A stretch of DNA of 63,204 nt, the filler included, from Stramenopiles sp. TOSAG23-2 (Eukaryota): NCBI GenBank assembly GCA_900128395.1. It is 11 parts of 11 records of this genome, joined end to end, with 100 filler letters (N's around TTAATTAATTAA, not from the genome) between each part and the next. Parts side by side here need not be neighbours in the genome. Positions count along the whole stretch, not along the records: positions 22,191 to 29,448 come from LT650341.1; positions 29,549 to 36,798 come from LT650342.1; 9 more parts are not named here. One strand, given 5' to 3'. The position numbers and the translations under genes were made by a program. A model generated the notes under the pieces. The model ran no database searches. It was not told the origin of the DNA and worked only from the letters and a program-made list of their open reading frames with translations. Shown one piece after another: positions 22,191 through 34,600 of the stretch (positions within the stretch are counted from its first letter, which is position 1; every line of letters begins with the position of its first letter).

Positions 22191-25100
22191 GGTAAAGTAT
22201 TTGCTCCACGAACGAACCATAATTTGCTCTTTTTCATAGATGATTTACACCTGCAATCGAAAGATCAATATGGGTCTAGTAGTATTGCGAGTCTTCTACG
22301 ACATTATCTTCAATACGAAGAAATATTTCATCCAGACAGATATTCCATGGTAAATATCAAAAATATGTCCTGCTTCATTACATGTGAGAAAGCTGAATCG
22401 TTTTCACTCGGTACAGATTCAGGTGACACTTCGATAAATAGAGTTCTGGATAATTGTTTTGCTGTTCAACATGAAGACAGTGAAGAAGCTGATTTAGGAG
22501 ACATGTTTAACGAAATATTGGTTTCTCGATTTACTTTCTGCTATCACAAAATGGGTAGTGAATCATCCATTCTTCTTGATACGGAATCTTAAGCTCCAAG
22601 AGGTTTTTCAAAGGCGTGAACGAGAATCCCCATATAAGTTCAATTTGGGAATGTATGTAAAGGCAATGCTACCCCTAGCAAGTGTCTATCCATCTTGCGC
22701 AGCCTCTCCATATAAACTAGTTAGATTATGGTTACATTTATGTCGCAGCGTATACGTAGACTCTTTGGAAACTCCAAATGAACAAGAGAAATGTAACAAT
22801 CTCATTTCTAGTATCTGCCAGCAGCACATTTTTGCGTTGTCTTCTGAAAATAATTACGAGGATCATGACCACCTAAGTAGTGATGAGATAGAAAGCTTTA
22901 TAAGTAATGACGGCGAGCAAATTGTGCAAATTTGGTCTTTAATTGGTCGTGATAAAGTTGTTGCGAACAAATTTTGCACCGACAAGCTCTTCTGGCGCAA
23001 ACAAACTAGTGAAATTAATCATAAAGAAACTGCTTTTTTTGAAGGTAAAAACGGGATGGATTATGCAAAATCGTATTTATATAAAACCATTTGTAGATAT
23101 GATTCACGGTCGGGCCAAAGCGACGTTAATCTCAAAATATCAAGCATATATATATTTGACTCATTCGTTAAAGATTTCTCAAAAATTTACGAACAGTTTT
23201 TCTTTGAAAAAAGGCACATAGAGCTTGTTGATCCAGGTGGATGTGGAGATAGAATGCAATGCTATTTGATATGTAATGCTTGTGGGTTTTACATTTATGA
23301 CATTGGGCATCATTTAAACGTTAGCTATGGGAAAGTTTTTACAGATCTTGCAATAAATTTGATAGAAAACACAAATCGTAACTTAGCCTTAATCGTTCCT
23401 TCGTATGACAAACGGGCAGAAGAGTTCGTATCAATTTGCATTGAGATAATGAGTGGCCAAGTTTTTGAAAGTATTTTCGAAACTAAACAAAATTATCAGT
23501 GTGTCCATGATAGTTTGATGAAACGTTATGGGACTTCTGACATAGCCAACTTAAAAAGTATATTCAGTTCAAAACTGCGTTTTATGTTCTGTAGGTCTCA
23601 ACAATACCGTACCAGTTTGAATCTTAGGAAGAACTCCTTTTCAAAGCTGCATTCTTTCGTAAATTCAATTGTGTTACAAAGTTGGAGTCGTGAAGCTATG
23701 ATTGAAATAGGAGAAGAATATTTGAAACGCCAAGACTATCATTTTGAAATTGGTGATAAAGTAGACGTTATAGTAGACAATTTCGTTCTACAAGAAGTAC
23801 AAGAAGTACCTACTGGATCTGCACGACAAAAACTTAACATATCCCGTGTTGTTGGTGATAATTTTAAAAACACTTACAATAATTCAATTGATGAATTCCA
23901 TCTTGAATTAATGAAGGGAGGGGATTTTAATTCGGACTTAATTATACAATTAGTAGATGGTCATATGAAGGCAAGAGAAATCGTTACGAATTCAACTAAA
24001 TTGAAGGAACATAATATACTACAGCCAATTGATTTAATTTATTTAATACAGTCTGCAATAGATAACTTTGAACAAAAAAAGCAACAGCTACTAAAACGTT
24101 TAGAGCTAATTGTCTTGACTTGCTGTAAAGTTTCTACATCTACAGGGAGGTATGAATTGCTTCCAGGTGCAATTATTTTAGCAAAACAAGAGTATGAAGA
24201 TTTTCTGGTTATTTTTAAAGAAAAATTACACATTTATGATGACGCTGTAGATTCTTTAAAAAGATTAGAAACATTAGAAATTGAAAGTGTCAATTTGCAA
24301 CGGGAATATGAAGAGGAGCTCAATACGTCGGATGAAAGAATTAAAGAAGGGTGGTTAAAAGCCCAACCGATTCAACAAGCGGCACAAGCATATATTGATA
24401 GGCTAAATAAAAAGGACTTAACAGAATTGAAATCTTTTAAGAATCCACCTGAAGCTGTGCGTAATGTGATGAAGGTTCTATTGCTTATATTTAATGAAGT
24501 GCATATAGAACTGCACACATCAGCTCGTTCACAAGCAATAGACTTTAAATGTGATGAGGGGAAGGAAGATCCGTTGGCTTGGCAAAAAGTGCAGAAACTG
24601 ATGATTAATTTAACAGTCTTCTTGAAGCAGTTCAAAGAATTTCCATTGCGAATTGATAACATAGAGGTACCAAGAGAGAATTTTAAATCAATTGAAAAGT
24701 ACCTAAAGTTAAAAACATTCGATGAAAAATCAATAAGACGAAAGTCAAAAGCTGCAGCGGGAATATTTAATTACATTGTTACTCTGAAGAAGTACCATGA
24801 CGCATTTCTTCTTTTTCAACCATTGCGGGAGCGAGTAGTTGTACTGAAAGCAGAAATTGAAAGAATTGTAACGTCTTTGAAGAATATTAGAAAAAGGTTA
24901 TCGAAACAAAGAATTGTTGTACAAAATTGTTTTGAGACTTACTCATCAGCTAAATCGAACATGGATAGCGCTGCACTTAACATGAAAATACTAGATTTAC
25001 AGTTGGAATTTGCAACAAAAAACGCGTCTTGCTTAAAACCACTTGAAGGCGAATGGTATGCATGGTTAAAACGTTTCAAACATTACGAAGCTAAAATAAT

Positions 25101-28100
25101 ATATGGAAATTCAATAATGGCAGCCAATTTATGCACTAATGCAAACTTTATGGACAATGAAGCCGGAGAGTGTTTCATTCATGAGTTTATTGAACGTAAA
25201 TTAAACAGAAACGGTTTTCCTACATCTAAAGAGGTTATTGAAGGTATACCAGGCTTTTTAGATCACTTAATTCTCAATAAATATATGTTGCTAAAATCTT
25301 TAAGAAGGCTTCCTTTTAGCAAAACATTGGTTGAAATGAGCTCCATATCATATCATGAAAAATATAAGTGGATTTGCTTCATAGATTCGTATGAAAGTGC
25401 ATTTGATTTTGTGGTAAATCTGAACAAGGGTGGTGGTGGTAGTAACAGAACAGTTCATGAAGTTAGTTACGCAAGTGGCGATAATATAGAGACTTCTAGG
25501 AAATTTTTAAGAAAAGCAATCAGGGAAGGAATGTATGTATTCATTAATTTGAAAAGCTGTTCTGTCTTTCCAGATGAGTTGCTGCCGTTGATTGCATATC
25601 AAAGAAGTAAAACAGACGTATTTAATCAGAAAAAAAAAGTGGATAATGAGTCAAAAGTCTTGTATAGATACCATGGTAAGAAACTGAATATATTTGGAAA
25701 CACGATTGATGTTCACCCAGATTTTCAATTTTGTATTAGATTCAAACAATTGCCGTACTTCCCAAACAAACAGGCATTGCAATATATTAAATTAATAAAT
25801 TTGCAATTTTCTGCAGAAGCACTTGGCCATTATTTTGTAGACAAGGTGTATCAGTGGTGTAATCCAAGACAAAATAATATATATAATAAAGCATGGGATA
25901 AAATTTTTGATACTAAGCATCAAATAGAAAATAATAAAACTGGTATTTATCAAGCACTAGCATACTCAGGTGCTTCATGGATGCTTGACAACGAATTACT
26001 AGAAAATGTTATAAACTTTGAATCTCGAAGTAAGAGAATAAACAGTGAGCTAAAAACATTTATGGATAACATGCAAGTAATTCAAAATCGAAGGAAACTG
26101 TACGGTAAGATTGGACAAAGAATCACAATTTGCTTTCAGTTTTTAAATAAATTAGAAAATAAGAACAAACGTGGCAATAACACAATTTTAAAACATTTTG
26201 CGGGCAATTGCATTTTTAATGTTGATGGGGTAAAACTGTCGGTTCCAGATCTTGTGAACCATAACGACGATGTTGTAGTAGAGCGAAAATATACAGAACA
26301 ACTAAACGCTTATATAACAAAAGCATTCACTGAGGCTTGTACTTCACATTTAGAAGAGAAAATACATACCAAAATGTTTTATATGTCCTTCTTTTGTCAC
26401 ATCACAGCTTATGAGACATCAAATATAGGGCAGAATACTTTAAATCTGATATTGTTTCTAATGAATGATTTTTCAGAATTGGACTTCAAAAATGCTAAGG
26501 AGTCGCCCTTAGAATGGCTTCCAACTTCTACTTGGAAACGAATCACAGAATTCTCCAGGCAGTTTGATTCGTCAAAAGAAAAAAAAGATGTGCTTGGGCA
26601 AGGCGATATCGGTGGATCCCTTTTGGAAGAGGGTGAATTATGGAAAGAATGGTTCAATGCAATCAATCCAGAGTTAATTAAACTTCCTGTCAAATGGCAT
26701 GAGAGCACAAATTTTGAAAAATTATGTATAGTAAAATTGTTGCGACCAGACAGATTTCCACAAGCTATTGATAAATTCTTAGAAGAATCTATGCTTTTTC
26801 AATCCTTCATGGATATGGAATCACTGAAGGATAATAACAAGGATCGGCTATTGTTTCAAAGAAGTCAGATTTTAACAAAACCTATTACAGACGAAAAAGA
26901 ACGTTTATTCCGTTTTGCTATAATGATTCATTACAATGTGTTAAGGAGACGAAACATTGGAAGATGTGGATGGAATATGGCATCTCTGCAGAACAGTTTT
27001 AATGATGCCAATTTACAAAATTCATTTGAAATTCTTCAGAAACACGGTTTGGAACCTGTTAGTAAATATCTTATAAGTAAGTTGAATTATGGTTCAGTTA
27101 TATATGATTTGCATGATGGGAATGTTTTACAACTATTGATTGAAGAATGTTTGGAGAATGGTGAAAAAAAAAATAAGTGTTTTCGAAATGATGAAATGAT
27201 AGCTGAAATGCTGTCGGAAACTACTTATGAAAACAATTGTTTTCAGGGTTACGAATTTCAAAAATATTTGCAGAAGACTGCAATAAGTATCATGAATAAG
27301 AAAGTGCTTGATGATTATGTTAACAGAAACGATGGCTACAACACTGATGGTAAAGGAAGAAGTATCAATCGGCTTGTATCTGCTGAGTTTTTCACTTCAT
27401 TATTTGCGGCACTGCCTCAAATTACTGACATTTTACATTTGTCTGGGGATGGACTAATGCTAGGGGAAATATTTCAGCCATACTTGGTTTTCTTCGAAAT
27501 GGAAATTGGTTTTTTTAATAGATGCATACATCAATGTAAAAAGGATCTAACGAATTTAGAATCCTACTCAAACAACACATTCCCTGGATCAAATATAGAT
27601 AATGATTTAAAGACAAGTATCTTAAATTGGCGCACACCGAAATCTTGGCTGAAAAATATGACTAATATTTCAGAACAGATGTCTTTAAGTGAGTGGTTCA
27701 GACATTTGCAAGAGATGAAATCATTTCATGTAAAGTGGGTGAATGAAATTTCTAATGGCTTTCCTATTCCTCAGTCCATGCCGTTAAATTTGATCATTTA
27801 CAAAGATTTTTTCTTATTTTGCATAAAAATGGTGTTTGCAAAAAAACATAATGTTGATGTTGTTAATGTTGCTGTCAACTTCTACGTTGATGAAACATCT
27901 GTGGAAACCAAACGAAGTAAGGAAAAGGAAGAAGTAAATTTAACAGGCATATTTCTTGAAGGCGCTTCATGGGACTTTTCGTCAGACCGAGGTATAACAG
28001 ATTTCAGTAAATCACAAATACAATCTGATTTTCCCGTAATTTGTGCAAAACCCCTTTTGTGTGACCAAGATGAGGATGAAGAATATTCTGATGAGTATAG

Positions 28101-28272
28101 TATAAAAATTAGGAAAAAGGAGGATGAAGATAACATATATTACTGCCCTTTGTACGCAACACGTAATCGAGATGGAAAATTGCTAGGTCATATCAAATTT
28201 CAAACCATTAAACCATATAAATTTTGGCTTTTTAAAGGCGTTGGAGCAATATGTGAGCAGAAATATGTCTAA
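22191..28272 (+). CDS. Highly divergent dynein heavy chain-like protein, 5'-partial (AAA3 to C-terminus), with a frame break at ~22558-22592
   Basis: AAA3-like LLFFIDDLHL..KDQYG; stalk/MTBD LNKKDLTELKSFKNPPEAV and IRRKSKAAAGIFNYI; DVHPDFQF; LRPDRF; RRNIGRCGWN; C-terminal GIFLEGASWD and YYCPLYATRNR. Confidence 0.85.
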
Positions 28273-28527
28273 AAAGATTATATATTACTCGTATTATTTT
28301 TATTTTTCTCATTATATAATATCTATAAATAAGAGAATTTTTTATATAATATAAATAAGAGAATTATTAATATATATATATAATATTTTATATTATATAT
28401 ATATATATTATATATATATAATCAAAAATATATTTTTATTATATTAATAAATGATACGAGTATATGTAACCAATATAAAAATATATATTTTAAATAAAAT
28501 ATAAAAAATATATTAATATAAAAATAA

Positions 28528-29085
28528 TTATGGCTCCAAAAGAAAACCTTCTTCATCTAATAGCTTGAATTCTAATGTATCTAAATTTGCTTCGACAGTT
28601 GCACCCATAACTTTCATTAATGCATGGGGGTGTACATAACACCTATAATCTATATCATTTTTTTCATCTTCATATATTGTCGTAAACTCATCTGGTGGGC
28701 GACGATTTTCTGCTTCTTTTACGCCATCCTTGTCAATCATATCAAATGTGTATACCATTCCTAGTGTATCTTCAGATTGGCGATATCCAACCTGTATTGC
28801 TTCATATTTCGTATCGCCTTGAAGCATTAGTTTAAACAATTCTTTTGCATTATTTGACAAATTTACAGGATCACGCAGCTTCCTTGAAAATACACTATTC
28901 CTATTAGATCTTTTATTACTTGATGCATTAAAATTCCGAACTTGAGACTGAATATATTTATTGTTTTTCAAACTTGATAAAGGAAATAAAATGGGTACAA
29001 AATAGTTATCGCGCCTTCTAAAGCACGAACGAGGAAGTAGATTTCTAGAAGCTTTTCGCCATATGGTTTTACTCCACTTGATCAT
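28528..29085 (-). CDS. Putative mitochondrial HesB/IscA-fold protein lacking the conserved Cys residues (185 aa)
   Basis: Arg/Ser-rich transit-like N-terminus. PVNLSNNAKE, AIQVGY, GMVYTFD, DE and YVHPHALMKVMGATVE follow the IscA pattern. Confidence 0.55.
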   Translation of the reverse strand: MIKWSKTIWRKASRNLLPRSCFRRRDNYFVPILFPLSSLKNNKYIQSQVRNFNASSNKRSNRNSVFSRKLRDPVNLSNNAKELFKLMLQGDTKYEAIQVGYRQSEDTLGMVYTFDMIDKDGVKEAENRRPPDEFTTIYEDEKNDIDYRCYVHPHALMKVMGATVEANLDTLEFKLLDEEGFLLEP

Positions 29086-29448
29086 GCTTCTGCTGTCCTT
29101 TTTTAAATGTTGTTCTTCAGGCGAAACATTTGCTAAGTTTTGTATTTGTACTTTTTGTTTTAGATTTTGTTTTGTTTGTAAATTTTGTATAGTTTTTTGT
29201 TGTTGTATCTTCTACCCTGTTGCGGCTATTGGCTAGCTCGCTGTGCACTTTCTTATTAGTAGAATCGTATTATTTAATCGCATTAATGTGTCAGGTTAAG
29301 GTATCAGGAATACAGTAATAACCGGTGGTGGTATAGTCTGCGTCGTCAGACTCTTTCTTCCACTAATAGTGTTGTATTTATATAATTGTATATTATTCCC
29401 TGCCTCGTGATCTATGGGTATCAAATTCTTTTAATTAAGTAGATAAAG

Positions 29449-29548
29449 NNNNNNNNNNNNNNNNNNNNNNNNNNNNNNNNNNNNNNNNNNNNTTAATTAA
29501 TTAANNNNNNNNNNNNNNNNNNNNNNNNNNNNNNNNNNNNNNNNNNNN
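29449..29548. other. Artificial contig linker
   Basis: N44-TTAATTAATTAA-N44. Confidence 0.98.
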
Positions 29549-30261
29549 ATGGAAAAGAGCAATGGATACCAACCATACATTGCCGTAAAATGTATACGTT
29601 AAAATAAAATATATGATATCTGTTTATATATTTACCTTCATGGTATATTAAGGCTGTAAAAGATGAAGACATCCCACTACTGCAAAAAACTGTTAACATT
29701 AAAAAAGGCAGACGTTAGTTCAACTCATAATTTTGATTATACATTTGATTTATGTGGCAACATATCGGCCACACTGCAATCCATTGCGCAGTTTATTACA
29801 ACAATTGCAATACAGAAACAATCGAATTATTGATGGGCCACCACACATTTAGAGAAACACTCTTGAGACTCAACGATCATAATATCAACCATCAGATATA
29901 GTAAAAATAACTCTAAGAAATAAGTCCTTAAATCTCACTAGTAAGGCTATTTAAGATAACAATTTTAATTAACAATGATAAGCGATAATTCAGGTGATTT
30001 TATTAAGTTTAAGAAAGGATAAAGAAATATTTTCACTTATTGGAAAAAGTATTTGAAACAACTTTGGCAACTTAATCAGTATTTGAAATAACTAGTTTTT
30101 GTAGTTTTTGCTGTTTTCATGATGTTAGAAAATGTATAGCAACTAGATTAAACAAGACCTAACGCAAAGAGGAGGACAGATTGTTGGAAACTGGAATTTT
30201 TTAAGGCATTTTTATTAAGGTTTTTATAGAAGATTGTTGGCGGGAATATTAATATTAATAT

Positions 30262-30442
30262 ATTGCCGCTTTTTCTAATTTAGTCCTTATTTATTCACTA
30301 CCATTTCTAATTTATTATTATTATATAATTTAATTTACTATGATAATTTATAATTAAAGGAATTAGTTGTGAAATAGAAATAGTTTTAACAACCATTAGA
30401 GCACCTTAGAATAAATTAGACTAAATTAGAAAAAGCGGCAAT
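30262..30442. mobile_element. MITE-like element with 24-bp perfect terminal inverted repeats
   Basis: ATTGCCGCTTTTTCTAATTTAGTC (30262-30285) and GACTAAATTAGAAAAAGCGGCAAT (30419-30442), with an AT-rich non-coding interior. Target-site duplication not resolved. Confidence 0.6.
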
Positions 30443-30678
30443 GTTAATATATATTAAAATACGATCATATAAATCATTACTTTACACGCTAAATTACATT
30501 TTTTTAAAATTTACTCAAATGATACTCGTAATTCTTACGCTTCAACAAAGAATACAATAGTTGCTGGCGAGGCAAATAAATACTTCGTACGCCGTATTAT
30601 ATCTCGTATCTCGAACTATGATATGCATATGATAGTGTCTTAATATTCAATATTCTCATATCATATATTATATAATAT

Positions 30679-30951
30679 ATGAGTGAGAAGTCAATAAAAG
30701 TGTGCCAATGCGGGACTAACAAACACAAAAAACAAAATTTTTATTTTTGTATTTTCATTCATAATAATAATAGCAACAATGGAAAAAAAAGAAAGAAAAT
30801 ATCGCAGAGCTCCAGTAGCAGTGGAAGTGGTAGTAATAATAAAAGTAAAGCTGGTAGTGATAATAAAAAAAGGAAAGGCGGGGAAATGTCAAATACTGAA
30901 AGCAAAATGGTAATTGACTTGACATCTGATGATGATAGGGATGGGAAATAA
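30679..30951 (+). other. Short ORF or gene remnant with basic NLS-like stretches and a SUMO-interaction-like tail
   Basis: KKRKK, KKRKG and terminal MVIDLTSDDD. The 5' half looks non-coding. Confidence 0.3.
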
Positions 30952-31156
30952 AAAACTTCCGAATTTCGTACCAATTCGTACTTTATTTAATTTTTTGTGT
31001 TTTTTTATTTTTTTTTTTTTTTAATTTCTCAGAAGGTGTATTTTTACATCACCGGATTCTCGTGATAATGCTTCTCTTTATCTAGGATCTATTTTTACCA
31101 TTCTATCCACAATGTACTCGTACATCATATATATTATATAAAATGCGCGTTTAAGG

Positions 31157-31252
31157 TGTGCATTTGGCAAGTTGTACATTGACTTGTACCCCGGTACAAT
31201 TTATTCTCCACCTTCCTATGATGTCCGTTTTTTCATCAACTGCAAGTCGATT
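31157..31252 (+). repeat. Dispersed repeat family B, copy 1 (copy 2 at 51332-51420)
   Basis: Shared blocks TGTGCATTTGGC, GGTACAATTTATTC, CCACC and TTTTCATCAAC in the same order. Confidence 0.7.
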
Positions 31253-31371
31253 ACCATCTACGAAGTTCGTATCATATTTTAGCTTCATTTGGTATTCTCT
31301 TTTATGCGAATATCAACACCCGAAGTGTGAGATAGATATTACTGCCTCAAGTATTGTGTTTTTTTTTTTGA

Positions 31372-31425
31372 AGAGTAGGAACTATCATGGATTAAATTAA
31401 AAAATAAAATTTATTGCGTCAATTA
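31372..31425 (+). repeat. Dispersed repeat family C, copy 1 (copy 2 at 40170-40227)
   Basis: AGAGTAGGAAyTATCATG...AAATTAAAAA...AAATTTAwTGCGTmAATTA in both copies. Confidence 0.65.
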
Positions 31426-31686
31426 AAATTTTATATAAAACATTTTTTTATCTCGAAAATTTACATCACCTTTACATTTTTACATCTCTCGTACTTTTTG
31501 TAAGTAATAGAGATATCACTCCGTATAACTTACCCTTTTAATTTAATTAATTCATGTTTGTCGCAAAATGCCATTTTGAAGAAAATGGATTCAATATATG
31601 TATAATGCATTTTCTAAATTACCTGTGTTAATTTTATTCGCATCCCCTCATACATAATATATCATCGCCCAATATATAATATATAT

Positions 31687-34600
31687 TTAAACTGTAAACT
31701 TTCCAATGTAGTCTTTATTCAATACATTACTTCCCAGTGCTTCGATGCTATGCGGTGTCACGAAAATAAATTGTCCATCAGTACTTTCAGCTGCATGTAT
31801 TAATTGATGAAGTGACAGTGAACGTCGTCTTTCATCCATGCAAATATCAAATTCATCCATAATGCAAAATGGAAAATCAACGCAAGACATCATAGATAAT
31901 AATAAATTTAATTGGGCTGTGGAACGCTCGCCACCAGACAGTTGTTGTAAGTCTTTGTTATCATATTTAATTTTGAATTCATTCCCTCGTGTTTGGACAT
32001 GTCCAAATTCCTCTCCAAAACGGGCTGATAATCGTACAAACGTAGCTTTCACAAGTTTTTTCAAGCAATGTTCCATACCTTTGTATCTTTCTTTTCGCTC
32101 TTTTCTACTGCATATAAGTTCGCGATGATTTGTATGAATAAAATCGACATTTTGATCGTGTTGTTCTAACTTTGCTAGTGCCTCTGCTACTCTAGTTTTC
32201 AACTCAGCATTACTTGGAATATTCGAACTTTCCCTTTTAGACCTTTGCAAATTTTCTAATGCTTTTATTTTAGCCCCAATTGTAGTGACTGTTTCTTTTG
32301 CATTTAAATGAAGTCTTCCCGTAGGGTAGATACTATTTATCCTGTTGCGTTGCGAAGCTACCATTTTTTTCAATTGTGTATAGCGTTTTTTGCATTCATC
32401 AAGTTTCTCGCTAAACTTTTGCAATATACGTGTAACTTTAGCAACATGACGTTTCCTTTTTGTGTGTCTTTCTCGAAGGATGGTTGTATCACGCAGTAAA
32501 TTTAACTTTCTATCCAAATTATCAATTTCATCTTCTAACTTTCCAATTGACTTCTTCAAATGTGCTACATCACCGTTTAATTTTTGCTCTTTTTTGTTCA
32601 ATTTAACTTTCAATTTGTTATCCTCGTTGATATATTTACTGATCATATCATCGTTCACTTCAATGTCATTTTGTATATTATTAAATTTTACTAACAACGT
32701 TTTCACCTCTTCGCTATCTTCTTCAACATCATTACCATTTTGCGCTAACATTTTCTCAAGTTCACCTAACTCATGATCTTTCTGGCGTTTCAACTGAAGG
32801 TTTTCTTTAACGTTTGCTTTTAATCTAGTACAATAGCTTTGGATTCTTTTTATTTCATTTATGTCAGCCTTGTATTTTTCCTTTGCAGCAGAATTTTTAT
32901 CAATACATGCATTTAAATGAATCTTGCTTTGTTGACATGCTTTTGCTGCTCCAGCTACAGCACTCTGAAGTCTATCTACTTGCAAAGTGTTTGCTTTTTT
33001 CAAAAAAAATGTCTCCGTTGAGGGCTTCCAACGAGGGAAATTTGTTACATTGCCGCCTCCCGCAAAGGATTTCGCGCCACGTTTTGCATCAATGGAAATT
33101 GCTTCGTTTACAGGCCATGGTGGATTTCCCATAATTGTGTCCATCTCGTGTCGTACATCGCATATAATTTTATTGTGAGCACAATTTGTAAATAATACAA
33201 AATTATGCACCCAATTACCTATAGCATTATTTGGAAAATCGAGAACGTCATAAACTGTCTTCAAATTTCGTGGTGCTTGTTCATTTTGCGATAATTTTTT
33301 ACGGTTACCATTGCATAGATATTTATCCAATTTAGAAATTGAAATTTCATCATAACTATTCCGCATGTTAAGTTTATCTATCATTTTAAATAATAATATG
33401 CGATCTTTCACAGTTGATACTAAGACACTCGACATAGATCTCTTCATCATTTCTTCTGCAGCAAGTGCAAATCTTTCTTGCCCTGCTTTCAAATGGATAA
33501 ATTCACCGACGGGTACTACTGGCTTTACTTCAAAAAGTTTTACATTTTTATCAACCATGTTCCTCAAATCTTGTATTTTTTTCGAATACATCACCAATGG
33601 ATTGTTATTATTATTTTCACATCCATTTCTTTCTTCAGCAGCTGCTTCCTGTTTTAATCGTAGAAATTTGCTTTGATTTTTTTCATATTCTTCCTTGGCA
33701 TTTTTACAGCTAGTTTCTAAACTATTTAATTCAACATTTGCAATCTCACAATTTTGTTCCAACAAATCTAGTCGATCTTCAAATGTTGGAAGTCTTTCTT
33801 TGTCACTACGAATACTCGAATTTAATACACGTAATTCTTGTTTTAATTTCACACAATTGTATTTCATCTTATCAGTAGAGCTCTGGTGTTGTCTTAATCG
33901 AGCATGATCAATTTCTGCTTCTAAATAGTCTTTTTGCTTTAATAAAGCATTTTTTTTTCCTTCATACTTTTTTAGGTTTGCGGAAACATGTTTTTTTTCT
34001 CTTCTCATTTCGTTGATATTTGCTTTCTTTGTTTTTTCTCTTACATCAGCTTTTACTTGTTGTAATTTTTCCTTTTTCATATTCATACTTTCTTCGTAAC
34101 TACGTACTTGATCTACTTTGCTATTAATATCTTCTACAACTTGTTCTAATTTTTGTTTTGCTTTATTGAAATTTTGATTTGCAGTATTACATGCTGATTG
34201 CAATTTTTCATGAAGACGTTCACATTTTTCAAGACGATGTTCCTCTTTTTCAAGTAGTGCCCATGCCAATTTTTGTTTTTCATATGCAATATCATTATCA
34301 ATTTTTGACAAATTTTTACTTTGGTTTAATTTTTCTTCCGCATCTTTAACTTTCTGCGTCAATATCTTTCTGGTTCTTACACTGCTATCTAAATTGCGTT
34401 TTGTGGAAATCAAGGCATCTTTCACATTTTCCAAATCGTTTTTCACAGCTAATAAAGAAGCCGTCTTATAAAAAAACGTTGATAATTCTGCCGAATTATA
34501 TTTTGTTATAAAATTTTCCGCTGTCAGTTGATCCAATACACACAAAGGGTTACAAACATCAATATTAAAATGATCCTTGATGCGTTTAATTTCATCTAAA

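Noticed and set aside
29549..30240. Possible coding or transposase remnant at the start of contig 5
   Set aside because: No sustained ORF or recognisable motif.
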